Assembly: GCA_963783385.1 (NCBI GenBank)
Contig: CAWANJ010000007.1
Location: 32,001 to 96,000 of the forward strand
From: an uncultured Gemmatimonadales bacterium
GTDB taxonomy: Bacteria; Gemmatimonadota; Gemmatimonadetes; Palauibacterales; Palauibacteraceae
Direction of reading: 5' to 3'
Length of the DNA stretch: 64,000 bases
The notes beneath the pieces are model-generated. The model did not search any database, was not told the origin of the DNA, and saw nothing but the letters and a program-made list of their open reading frames with translations. Of this stretch, positions 8,815-18,550 are shown piece by piece. Position numbers and translations under genes: made by a program. Numbering within the stretch: the stretch's first letter is position 1; the number at the start of each line of letters is the position of its first letter.

Positions 8815-10860
8815 TTGATCCAGATCCGGGGTGGCGCGGCCTTCAACGGCAACGGGAACGGCAACGGCAACGGCAACGGGAACGGCAACGGGACGGGACC
8901 GTCCCATCCGCCCGAGCCGGAGCGGCAGGACGAGCGCAGGGCCCCGTTCTCGCTCCTCCTGCCGTTCTATCGTCGGCGCACGCTGCTGGCGGCTCTCTTC
9001 AACCTGGGCACGGTGGCCCTGGCGTACGGCCTGGCCTACCTGGTCCGCTTCGACATGACGTGGCCGGCCGCCTACACCCACACCTACCTGGTGACGCTGC
9101 CGCTCCTCCTGGTGCCGTGGGCCGTCGGGGCGGGCATCTTCCACCTGAACGTCCACAGCTGGCGGTTCGCGAGTCCCGAGGACCTGGTCGAGATCCTCCT
9201 GGCCGGGAGCTTCGCCACGCTCGCCTTCGGGCTGCTGGTCTACCTCCTCCCGGTCCAGCCCTCGGTGCCGCGCTCGATCCTCCTGCTCCAGTTCGTGTTC
9301 GCCTCCTACGGGATCGGCGGATTCCGCCTGGCCTACCGCCTGTCGCTGGAGTGGTGGCGCGAGCGGCCCCTCGGGGTGGCCTCCGACCACCGGCGCGTGC
9401 TCGTGGTCGGCGCCGGCGAGGCCGGCAGCCTGATCGCGCGGGAGATCGAGCGCTACCCGGACGCCGGGTACCACCTGGTCGGATTCGTCGATGACGACCC
9501 GGGCAAGATGCACCGCCGCCTGCGCGGGACGCCCGTGCTCGGCTCGACGCACGCGATTGCCAACCTGGTCGTCCGGCACGCGATCGACTCGCTCATCATC
9601 GCCATCCCTTCGGCGCCGCCGGAGGCGCTGCGCCAGATCCTGTCGCGATGCGATTCGGCCGACGTCAACCTGACGATCCTGCCGCCGGCCGAGGAAGTCC
9701 TGCGCGGCAACGTGCGGCTGTCGCAGATCCGCGAGGTCACGATCGAGGACCTGCTGGCCCGGGAGCCGGTGTGTCTGGAGCTGCCCGAGCTGGCCGAGGA
9801 CCTGGGCGGCCGGGTGGTGCTCATCACGGGCGCCGCCGGCTCGATCGGCTCCGAGCTGGCCCGGCAGGTGGCCGCGTACGAGCCCGACCGGCTGATCCTC
9901 CTCGACCAGGCCGAGTCCGACCTCTACTACCTGGAGCTCGAGCTCCGGGAGGAGCATCCCGACCTGGACCTGGTGCCGCTGGTCGGCGACATCCTCGATG
10001 AGGTGCGGCTCGAGGGCGTGTTCGAGATGCACAAGCCCGACCGGGTCTACCACGCGGCCGCCTACAAGCACGTGCCGCTCATGGAGAGCAACCCCCGCGA
10101 GGCCGTCCGCAACAACGTGGTCGGCACCCTGCGGGTGGCCTCGGCGGCGGGACGGCACGGCTCCGGGAAGTTCGTGCTCATCTCCACCGACAAGGCCGTG
10201 CGCCCCACCAACGTGATGGGGGCCACCAAGCGGATGGCGGAGCTGGTCACCCTGGCGTGCGAGCGCCGCTACGAGGACACGCGCTACACCGCGGTCCGCT
10301 TCGGCAACGTGCTCGGGAGCCAGGGCAGCGTCCTTCCGATCTTCAAGAGGCAGCTCGCCGAGGGGCGTCCCCTCACCGTCACTCACCCCGAGGTGACGCG
10401 CTACTTCATGACGATCCCCGAGGCCGTGCAGCTGGTCCTGCAGGCTTCCGTCCTCCCGGAGGCCCGCGGCCAGATCATGATGCTCAACATGGGCGAGCCC
10501 GTGCGCATCCTGGACCTGGCCCGCAACCTCCTCCGGCTGTCCGGCGTGAAGCAGAACGGCAAGAAGCTGATCGAGTTCGTCGGCCTGCGGCCCGGCGAGA
10601 AGCTGCACGAGGAGCTGGTCGGGCCCGACGAGGAGACCCTACAGACCGGCGTGCGCAACGTGCGGCTGGTCCGCGGCCTGGCCCGGCCCGGCGTCACCGA
10701 GGAGCTCCTGGCGTTCATGCGCCGCTGGGAGGATCGGCTCGACAGCACGAGCGAGGACGAGTTCTGGCTGGAGCAGATGTGGGCGTGGTGCCGCTCCCAG
10801 GACGTCGACTTCGCGGGCGAGGTGGACGAGGGCCTGCGCATGGGCTCCGTGGCGGAGTGA
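8815..10860 (+). CDS. Membrane-bound UDP-GlcNAc 4,6-dehydratase (PglF/CapD/WbpM family); start uncertain
   Basis: Four N-terminal TM segments; VVGAGEAG, ITGAAGSIGSEL, HAAAYKHVP, ISTDKAVRPTNVMGATK, RFGNVLGS, GLRPGEKLHEEL. Confidence 0.93.
   Translation: MIQIRGGAAFNGNGNGNGNGNGNGNGTGPSHPPEPERQDERRAPFSLLLPFYRRRTLLAALFNLGTVALAYGLAYLVRFDMTWPAAYTHTYLVTLPLLLVPWAVGAGIFHLNVHSWRFASPEDLVEILLAGSFATLAFGLLVYLLPVQPSVPRSILLLQFVFASYGIGGFRLAYRLSLEWWRERPLGVASDHRRVLVVGAGEAGSLIAREIERYPDAGYHLVGFVDDDPGKMHRRLRGTPVLGSTHAIANLVVRHAIDSLIIAIPSAPPEALRQILSRCDSADVNLTILPPAEEVLRGNVRLSQIREVTIEDLLAREPVCLELPELAEDLGGRVVLITGAAGSIGSELARQVAAYEPDRLILLDQAESDLYYLELELREEHPDLDLVPLVGDILDEVRLEGVFEMHKPDRVYHAAAYKHVPLMESNPREAVRNNVVGTLRVASAAGRHGSGKFVLISTDKAVRPTNVMGATKRMAELVTLACERRYEDTRYTAVRFGNVLGSQGSVLPIFKRQLAEGRPLTVTHPEVTRYFMTIPEAVQLVLQASVLPEARGQIMMLNMGEPVRILDLARNLLRLSGVKQNGKKLIEFVGLRPGEKLHEELVGPDEETLQTGVRNVRLVRGLARPGVTEELLAFMRRWEDRLDSTSEDEFWLEQMWAWCRSQDVDFAGEVDEGLRMGSVAE
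8845..8892 (+). repeat. Hexanucleotide tandem repeat (AACGGS)x8 encoding (NG)8
   Basis: Seen directly near the N-terminus of the dehydratase. Confidence 0.9.
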
Positions 10861-10987
10861 GGCTCGGCGGGACTCGATCGCACGCCGACCCACCGTAGCG
10901 TCGTGCCGGTCACCCTTGCCCGCGGGGCGGGGATCGACCGGCGCTTCTGCGTACTAGATGACTTCGGATGAAAGACGGGGAGCCGGA

Positions 10988-12635
10988 ATGACTCCAGGGG
11001 AGACGCGGAGCGAGAGGGCGCCGGGCGTGACCGTGGTCGGCGCCGGGTACTGGGGCAAGAACCTGGTCCGCAACTTCGACGGCCTGGGCGCCCTGAGGGG
11101 CGTGTGCGAGGAGGACCCGGAGCGGCGCTCCGAGTTCGCCGGCAAGTACCCGGACGCGACGATGTACGCCTCCTTCGACGAGGTGCTCGCCTCCGGCGAC
11201 GTCGGAGCCGTCTCCATCGCCACCCCGGCCGAGACGCACGGTCCGCTGGTGAGGCGCGCCCTGGAGGCGGACCTGGACGTCCTGGTGGAGAAGCCGCTGT
11301 GCCTGTCGGTGACCGAGGGCGAGGAGCTGGTCGCCCTGGCCGAGAAGCGCGGCCGCATCCTCATGGTCGGCCACCTCCTCTGGTACCACCCCGCCGTGCT
11401 TCGCCTGCGCGAGCTGGTCGAGTCGGGCGATCTGGGCCGCATCGAGTACATCTACTCGAACCGGCTCAACCTGGGGAAGATCCGCCGCGAGGAGAACATC
11501 CTGTGGTCCTTCGCGCCCCACGACATCTCCGTCATCCTGGGGCTCCTGGACGAGGCGCCGACCGACGTCAGCCGCGCACGGCGCCGCCTACCTGCACGAG
11601 CGCATCGCCGACGTCACCGTGAGCCACCTGGCGTTCGCCAGCGGCGTGCGGTCGCACATCTTCGTCTCCTGGCTCCACCCCTTCAAGGAGCAGAAGCTGG
11701 TCGTGGTCGGCGACCGCAAGATGGCCGTGTTCAACGACGTCCTCCCCGACGACAAGCTCGTCCTCTACCCGCACAACATCGTGTGGAAGAACCACGTCCC
11801 CGTGGCCGAGAAGGCCGAGGGCGAGCCGGTGGCCCTGGAGGGAGGCGAGCCGCTGCGCGCCGAGTGCGAGCACTTCCTGCACTGCGTCGACACGCGCCAG
11901 ACGCCGCGCACCGACGGCCAGGAGGGCCTCGCGGGTGCTGCGCGTCCTGGACGCCTGCGAGCGCTCGCTGCGCGAGGGCGCGGCGGCGGTGGGCGGGGCC
12001 GGTGGAGCGGCCGGGGGGCGGGCGCGACGCGCCCCCGCCGCGGCCGCGGGAGCCGCCCCGAGCTTCCCTACTTCGTCCACCAGACTTCGATCGTCGACGA
12101 GGACGTGGAGATCGGGGAGGGCACCAAGATCTGGCACTTCAGCCACGTGCAGAAGGGCGCCCGCATCGGCGAGGGCTGCAGCCTGGGCCAGAACGTGCTC
12201 ATGGGCCCCGGCGTCCACATCGGCAACGGGGTCAAGATCCAGAACAACGTGTCCGTGTACGCCGGCGTCACCCTGGAGGACAACGTGTTCTGCGGGCCGT
12301 CCATGGTGTTCACCAACGTGATCAACCCCAGGAGCGAGATCCGCCGCATGGACGAGCTCCGGGACACGCCGATCCGCCAGGGCGCGAGCATGGGCGCCAA
12401 CTGCACGATCGTGTGCGGCCACGAGGTCGGCCGCTACGCGTTCGTGGGCGCCGGGGCCGTGGTCACCAGGGACGTGCCCGAGTACGCCCTCGTGGTCGGC
12501 AACCCCGGCCGCATCATCGGCTGGATGTGCCGCTGCGGCAATCGGATCGACTTCCCCGAGGACGGGGACGTCGGCCGCTGCCGCGCCTGCGACCTGGAGT
12601 ACCAGAAGACGGATGGAGGAGTGAAACCGACATGA
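10988..12635 (+). CDS. WbpB-like Gfo/Idh/MocA oxidoreductase apparently fused to a WbpD-like hexapeptide N-acetyltransferase; frameshifts near 11573, 11930 and 12050
   Basis: [14 protein letters not shown] and APHDIS in one frame; [12 protein letters not shown] in the next; IWHFSHV...KIQNNVSVY...[16 protein letters not shown] and a CRCG...CRAC tail. Confidence 0.82.
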
Positions 12636-13768
12636 CCGCCAACATAGAGACGAAGATCGACGTGCCCCTCCTGGACCTGAACGCCCAGTTCCGGACCATC
12701 GAGGGAGAGGTCCGCGCCGCCATCGACGGCGTGCTGGAGAGCCAGTACTTCATCATGGGCCCCGAGGTGAAGGCCCTGGAGGGCGAGATCGCCGCCTACT
12801 CGGACGCGAAGTTCGGGGTGGGGGTCTCCTCCGGGACCGACGCGCTCCTGGTGGCGCTCATGGCCGCCGGCGTGGGACCGGGCGACGAGGTCATCACGAC
12901 CACCTACAGCTTCTTCGCCACGGCCGGCGTGGTCTCCCGCCTGGGCGCCACGCCCGTGTTCGTGGACATCGACCCCGCCACCTTCAACATGGACGCCGAC
13001 GCGGCCGTCGAGGCGATCAACGACCGCACCCGCGCCGTCATCCCCGTCCACCTGTACGGGCGCTGCGCCGACATGGACCCGGTGATCGACGCCGCCATGG
13101 ACCACGGCATCATCGTGCTGGAGGACGCGGCCCAGGCCATCGGGGCCCGGGACGCGGCCGGCCGGCGCGCCGGCTCGGTCGGCGACATGGGGGCGTTCTC
13201 CTTCTTCCCCAGCAAGAACCTGGGCGGCTTCGGCGACGGCGGCATGGTGGTGACCTCGGACGAGGCCCTCAACGAGAAGCTCCGCATCCTCCGCGTGCAC
13301 GGCGCCAAGCCCAAGTACTACCACCACGTGGTGGGCGGGAACTTCCGGCTGGACGCGCTCCAGGCGGCCATCCTCCGGGTCAAGCTCCGCCACCTGGACG
13401 GGTGGACGGAGGCACGCCGCGCCAACGCGGACCTCTACCGCGAGCTGTTCGCCGACGCCGGCCTCGAGGACGTGGTCACCCTGCCCACCGACGTGCCCGG
13501 GCACATCTACAACCAGTTCGTGATCCGCGTCCCGCGGCGCGACGAGCTGGCCGAGCACCTGTCCCGCTCCGGGGTGGGAACCGCGGTCTATTACCCCGTG
13601 CCCTTCCACCTGCAGGGCTGCTTCAAGGAGCTGGGCTACGCCGAGGGCGACTTCCCGCACGCCGAGAAGGCCGCTCGCGAGGTCCTGGCCGTGCCGATCT
13701 ACCCCGAGCTCACCCGGGAGCAGCAGGCCTACGTGGTGGGGAGGATCGGGGAGTTCTACCGCTCCTAG
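12632..13768 (+). CDS. DegT/DnrJ/EryC1/StrS aminotransferase (WbpE-like)
   Basis: [36 protein letters not shown] (PLP lysine); ATGA overlap with upstream gene. Confidence 0.93.
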   Translation: MTANIETKIDVPLLDLNAQFRTIEGEVRAAIDGVLESQYFIMGPEVKALEGEIAAYSDAKFGVGVSSGTDALLVALMAAGVGPGDEVITTTYSFFATAGVVSRLGATPVFVDIDPATFNMDADAAVEAINDRTRAVIPVHLYGRCADMDPVIDAAMDHGIIVLEDAAQAIGARDAAGRRAGSVGDMGAFSFFPSKNLGGFGDGGMVVTSDEALNEKLRILRVHGAKPKYYHHVVGGNFRLDALQAAILRVKLRHLDGWTEARRANADLYRELFADAGLEDVVTLPTDVPGHIYNQFVIRVPRRDELAEHLSRSGVGTAVYYPVPFHLQGCFKELGYAEGDFPHAEKAAREVLAVPIYPELTREQQAYVVGRIGEFYRS

Positions 13769-13776
13769 GCGAACGG

Positions 13777-15090
13777 GTGGCCGCCGTCTGGGCCCGCATC
13801 CGCGATTGGCTCGGGCGGCGCCGCTTCGTCCGGGCCGTCGCCGTCCTGGCGGGAGGGACCGCCCTCGCGCAGGTCCTGTCCGTCCTCGCGGCCCCCGTCC
13901 TCACCCGGCTGTACACGCCCGGAGACTTCGGCCTCCTGGGCGTGTTCGCCTCCATCCTCACGATCCTGTCGGTGGTGGCGTCCGCCCGCTACGAGGGGGC
14001 GATACCGCTGCCCTTCTCGGATGCCGGGGCGGCCAACCTGCTCGTGCTCTCCGTGGGGCTCGCCGTGGTCGTCGGCGGCCTGGTCGCGCTGCTCACCGCG
14101 GTGGCCGGCGGCACGGTGCTGGGCTGGCTCAACGCCACGGCTCTGCGGCCGTATCTGTGGCTCTTGCCGCTGGCGGTGTTCGGAGCGGGACTCTACCAGG
14201 CGCTCAACTACTGGGCGATACGCAAGAAGGCCTACGGTGCCATCGCCCGTACGAGCGTGAGCCGGACCGGATCGCAGGTGGTGGCCCAGGTGGGCATCGG
14301 CGCGGTCTCCTCGGGCCCCCTGGGCCTCCTGGTCGGCCAGTTCCTGGGGCAGGTGGGCGGGAGCGGCAGCCTCCTCCGGCTGGTGTGGAAGGAGGACCGG
14401 GGGCTCCTCCGGCGCGTGTCGGCCTCCCGCATTCGGTCGATGGCCCGTCGATACCGGCGGTTCCCGATCTACCTCATGGGGGCTTCGTTCCTGAATCGGG
14501 CCGGCCTCCAGCTCCCGTCGCTCCTCCTGGTGGCCCTGTACGATCCCAGGGTGGCGGGCTGGTTCGCCCTCGGGCAGAAGGTCATCGCCGTGCCCATGCG
14601 GCTGATCGGCACGTCGGTCGGCCAGGTCTACCTGGGGGAGGCCGCCCCCCTGGCCCTGGAGAGTCCGGGGCGGCTGAAGAACCTGTTCCGGAGGACCGTC
14701 CTCCACCTGGCGGTGTTGGCGATCCTGCCCGCGCTCCTCCTCATGGTGGTGGGACCGCCCCTGTTCGGATTCGTATTCGGGCACGAGTGGACCGAGGCCG
14801 GGGTGTACGCGCGCCTCCTGGCCCTCATGTTCCTCCTGCAGTTCGCCGTGACGCCCGTGTCCCAGACCCTGAACCTCCTGGAGAGACAGGACCTCCAGCT
14901 CCGGTGGGACGTGAGCCGGGGCGTGCTCGCCGGTGGTGCGCTCGTCGCCTCGGCCGTGGTCGGCGCCCCCGCCCGCGTCGCCATCGGCGCTTACGCCGTG
15001 GCCATGGCGCTGGCCTACGTTCAGCTCTACTGGATGTCCTGGCACGCGCTCCAGGAACGCATCGGATCGAGGCAGGAGACGCGCGGGTGA
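13777..15090 (+). CDS. wzx: Wzx-type oligosaccharide flippase
   Basis: GTALAQ...PVLTRLYTPGDFG, ARYE and about 12 TM segments, within the polysaccharide operon. Confidence 0.88.
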   Translation: MAAVWARIRDWLGRRRFVRAVAVLAGGTALAQVLSVLAAPVLTRLYTPGDFGLLGVFASILTILSVVASARYEGAIPLPFSDAGAANLLVLSVGLAVVVGGLVALLTAVAGGTVLGWLNATALRPYLWLLPLAVFGAGLYQALNYWAIRKKAYGAIARTSVSRTGSQVVAQVGIGAVSSGPLGLLVGQFLGQVGGSGSLLRLVWKEDRGLLRRVSASRIRSMARRYRRFPIYLMGASFLNRAGLQLPSLLLVALYDPRVAGWFALGQKVIAVPMRLIGTSVGQVYLGEAAPLALESPGRLKNLFRRTVLHLAVLAILPALLLMVVGPPLFGFVFGHEWTEAGVYARLLALMFLLQFAVTPVSQTLNLLERQDLQLRWDVSRGVLAGGALVASAVVGAPARVAIGAYAVAMALAYVQLYWMSWHALQERIGSRQETRG

Positions 15091-16277
15091 CCGCCACCTT
15101 CGTCCACGTGGTGCTGAATCCGTTCACGCACGACGCCCGCGTCCTGCGGGCCGCGTCGCTGGGGATGGAGCTGGGCGGACGGGTGTCGGTCCTCGCCATG
15201 CACGGGCCGGGGCTCGCCGAGAGCGAGCGCGTCGACGGCCTGGAGGTGCGGCGCTTCGGCCTCGCGAGCCGGTCGCTCCCCAGGAGGCGCGCCTGGCAGA
15301 TGCTCAAGTACGCGGAGCTGGCGGCGCGAATGACCGCGGCCGGCGCCCGGATCCGTCCCGACCTGGTGCACGCGCACGACCTGAACGCGCTCCCCATCGG
15401 GTGGGCGATCGCGCGGCTGACCGGCGCGCGGCTGGTGTACGATTCGCACGAGCTGTGGGCGGACCGCTCACCGGGCGGGAACCGGCCCGGCTGGTTCACA
15501 CGGACCGGGATCCGGGCCGAACGCTTCTTCGGGCGCCGCGCCGACGCCGTGATCACCGTGTCGGACGGGATCGCGCACCTCATCGAGCGGGACGCCGGCC
15601 TCCGGGTGGCGGGCGTGATTCGGAACCTCCCCGAGCCGGCGCCGCCGTCCGCGGACTCGGAACGCGGCGGGCCGCTCCGGCGGGCGCTCGGCGTGGGCCC
15701 CGACGCTCCCGTCCTCCTCTACCAGGGCGGCCTGCATCCGGGCCGTGGCCTCGGGGTGCTGGTGGAGGCGATGGCCCGCCTTCCGCGCGGTCGGACCACG
15801 CTCGTCTTCCTGGGCGCCGGCTCCCTCCGCCCCGAGCTGGAGGCGCGGGCCGGGGACCTGTCGCTAGGCGGGGACGTCCGCTTCCTGGACGCGGTGCCGC
15901 CCGGCGAGCTCGCGGCGTGGACGCGCGGCGCCACCCTGGGGCTCCATCCCATCGAGGACCGGAGCCTCAATCATCGCCACTGCCTGCCCAACAAGCTGTT
16001 CGAGTACATTCAGGCGGGCGTCCCGGTGCTGGTGAGCGACCTGCCGGAGATGCGGCGGGTAGTCGAGGAGTACCGGGTGGGCGAGACGTGTCCGCCGGGC
16101 GATCCCGCGGCCCTGGCCGAGCGGATCGGCGCGATGCTGTCCGATCCATCCCGGCTGGCCACGTACCGGCGGAACACGGTCCGCGCGGCGTCCGAGCTCA
16201 ACTGGAACCGCGAGAAGAGCCGGCTGGCGGCCGTGTATCGGCGCCTGCTGGGAGAGCCCGGCGAGGAGGCCCCGTGA
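15087..16277 (+). CDS. Glycosyltransferase family 4
   Basis: DARVLR, HAHD, VYDSHE, LPNKLFEY...GVPVLVSD; GTGA overlap. Confidence 0.9.
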   Translation: MTATFVHVVLNPFTHDARVLRAASLGMELGGRVSVLAMHGPGLAESERVDGLEVRRFGLASRSLPRRRAWQMLKYAELAARMTAAGARIRPDLVHAHDLNALPIGWAIARLTGARLVYDSHELWADRSPGGNRPGWFTRTGIRAERFFGRRADAVITVSDGIAHLIERDAGLRVAGVIRNLPEPAPPSADSERGGPLRRALGVGPDAPVLLYQGGLHPGRGLGVLVEAMARLPRGRTTLVFLGAGSLRPELEARAGDLSLGGDVRFLDAVPPGELAAWTRGATLGLHPIEDRSLNHRHCLPNKLFEYIQAGVPVLVSDLPEMRRVVEEYRVGETCPPGDPAALAERIGAMLSDPSRLATYRRNTVRAASELNWNREKSRLAAVYRRLLGEPGEEAP

Positions 16278-17366
16278 AGATCGTCAGCGTGGTGGGAGCC
16301 CGCCCGCAGTTCATCAAGGCCGCCGTGGTCTCCCGGGCCCTGGGCGAACGGCCCGGCTTCACGGAGGTGCTCGTGCACACGGGCCAGCACTATGACGCGG
16401 ACATGTCGGATGTGTTCTTCGAGGAGCTCGACATCCCGCGGCCCGACAGGGCGCTGGGCGTCGGATCGGGTACGCACGCCGTGCAGACCGCCCGCATGCT
16501 CGAACGCCTCGAGGCGGCGCTGGTGGAGGAGGCCCCCGACGCGGTCCTCGTGTACGGAGACACCAACTCGACTCTGGCTGGCGCACTGGCGGCGGCCAAG
16601 CTCCACGTGCCCGTGGCGCACGTGGAGGCCGGCCTGCGCTCGTTCAACCGGGCCATGCCGGAGGAGGTGAACCGCGTCCTCACCGACCACGTCTCCGAGC
16701 TCCTGCTGGCGCCCACCGAGACGGCCGTCCAGAACCTTCTCGGCGAGGGCATTCGAGCCGGGCCGGATCGAGCGCGTGGGGGACGTGATGTACGACGCGG
16801 CCCTCCACTACGCGGGACGGGCGGACCACAGCCGCATCCTGGAGCGCCTGGGCCTGGAGGAGGGCGGCTACATCCTGGCCACCGTGCACCGCGCCGAGAA
16901 CACGGATGACCCCGCCAGGCTGGAGGTGCTCGTGGAGGCGCTGTGCCGGGTCGGAGAGCGGGTGCCGGTCGTGCTGCCGCTCCACCCCCGGACGCGGGGG
17001 GCCCTGGAAGGACTGAGCCTGCTGGAGGCCATGGGCGCCGGGGTGCGGCTCGTGGATCCCGTGGGGTACCTGGACATGATCCGGCTCGAGCGCGCGGCCG
17101 CCCTCATCGCCACGGACTCGGGAGGCGTCCAGAAGGAGGCGTTCTTCCACGGCGTCCCGTGCGTGACGCTGCGCGACGAGACCGAATGGGTCGAGCTCGT
17201 GGAGCTGGGCTGGAATCGACTGGCGCCGCCCACCGGCGTCGACCGGGTGGCCAGCGCGCTCGAGGAGGCTCTCGGGAGTCGGGGACGTTCGGGAGAGCCG
17301 TATGGGGATGGCCGTGCGGGCCCCTCCGTGGTCCGGGCCCTGGAGGAGCGATTCGGAGGCGCGTGA
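16274..17366 (+). CDS. wecB: Non-hydrolysing UDP-GlcNAc 2-epimerase family (WecB/WbpI-like); frameshift near 16753
   Basis: VGARPQFIK, HTGQHYD, GDTNST, HVEAGLRS, MPEEVNR; then GDVMYD, HRAEN, TDSGGVQKEA in the next frame. Confidence 0.9.
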
Positions 17367-18550
17367 GCATCCGCAAGGCGGTGCACCTGACATCGGTCCA
17401 TCCCCCGGGCGACGTGAGGGTGGCGTGGAGGGAGTGTGGGAGCCTGGCGGAGGCCGGATACGAGGTCGTGCTGGTGGCGCCGCCCGCGGCCGCCCGTGGT
17501 CCGGGGGGCACGGACCGGCCGGGGCGGCTGCCCCCCGGAGTCCGGTGGAGGGAGGTGCCGCGGGCGGCCACCCGGGCGCGGAGGATCCTGCGCACCGTCC
17601 CGGCCGTGTACCGGGCGGCGCGCTCCGAGGCGCCCGCCATCTACCACCTGCACGATCCCGAGCTCCTGCCCGTGGGGCTGCTCCTCCGTCTACGCGGCCA
17701 TCCGGTGGTGTACGACGTGCACGAGGACGCGCCCCGGCAGATGCGCGCCAAGCCCTGGATTCCGGGGCCGCTCCGGCCGGCGGTGGCCGTCCTCACCGGG
17801 GCGGCGGAGCGGATCTCCGCGCGGTGGCTGTCGGGGATCGTGGTGGCGAACCCCGTGAGCGTGCGGCGATTTCCTCCGGCGACCACGGCGCTCGTGCGCA
17901 ACTTTCCGCGGGTGGGGCCCTCGCCGGCGGAGCCGCCCCCGTACGGGGAGCGCCGACCGAACGTCGTGTACGTGGGGGCGCTCAGCGCCAGCCGTGGCCT
18001 GGACGCCATGCTCGAGGTGGCCCGGCGGCTGCCCGGCGCCTCCGGCGGCGGCCCCGGTGAGGGCTCCGGCGGCGCCTCCGGCGCGCGCCTGCTCCTGGCG
18101 GGGCGGTTCGCGCCACCCTCGCTCGAGGAGCGGGCCCGCCGCACGCCCGGCTGGGAGCGCTGCGAGTACCTGGGTTGGCTTCCCAACCCGGAGGTGACGC
18201 GGGTCTTGGGCGGGGCCCGCGTAGGCCTGGCGGTGCTCCGTCCGACCCCAGCCTACCGGGAGGCCTACCCGACGAAGATGTTCGAGTACATGCTGGCGGG
18301 GGTGCCGGTCGTGGTCTCCGACTTTCCCCTGTGGCGCGACGTGGTGGAGGACGCGGGCTGCGGGGTGCTCGTCGACCCGGACCGGCCCGACCAGGTGGTC
18401 AGGGAGGTGACCTGGCTCCTCGAGCACGAGAGGGAGGCGGCCGAGATGGGCCGCCGCGGTCGGCAGGCGGTCCTGGAGCGGTACAACTGGGCGCCAGAGG
18501 CGCGTAAGTTGTTGGACCTGTATTCGGCCCTGGGAGGAGACGCCGGGTGA
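17363..18550 (+). CDS. Glycosyltransferase family 4
   Basis: HLTSVH...DVRV, HLHDPEL, YDVHED, YPTKMFEYM...VVVSDFP. Confidence 0.9.
   Translation: MSIRKAVHLTSVHPPGDVRVAWRECGSLAEAGYEVVLVAPPAAARGPGGTDRPGRLPPGVRWREVPRAATRARRILRTVPAVYRAARSEAPAIYHLHDPELLPVGLLLRLRGHPVVYDVHEDAPRQMRAKPWIPGPLRPAVAVLTGAAERISARWLSGIVVANPVSVRRFPPATTALVRNFPRVGPSPAEPPPYGERRPNVVYVGALSASRGLDAMLEVARRLPGASGGGPGEGSGGASGARLLLAGRFAPPSLEERARRTPGWERCEYLGWLPNPEVTRVLGGARVGLAVLRPTPAYREAYPTKMFEYMLAGVPVVVSDFPLWRDVVEDAGCGVLVDPDRPDQVVREVTWLLEHEREAAEMGRRGRQAVLERYNWAPEARKLLDLYSALGGDAG

Noticed and set aside
10958-13768. 936-aa ORF as an oxidoreductase-aminotransferase fusion
   Set aside because: The middle is out-of-frame Arg/Gly-rich sequence caused by indels; the aminotransferase has its own ATG (12632) and GGAGGAG RBS.
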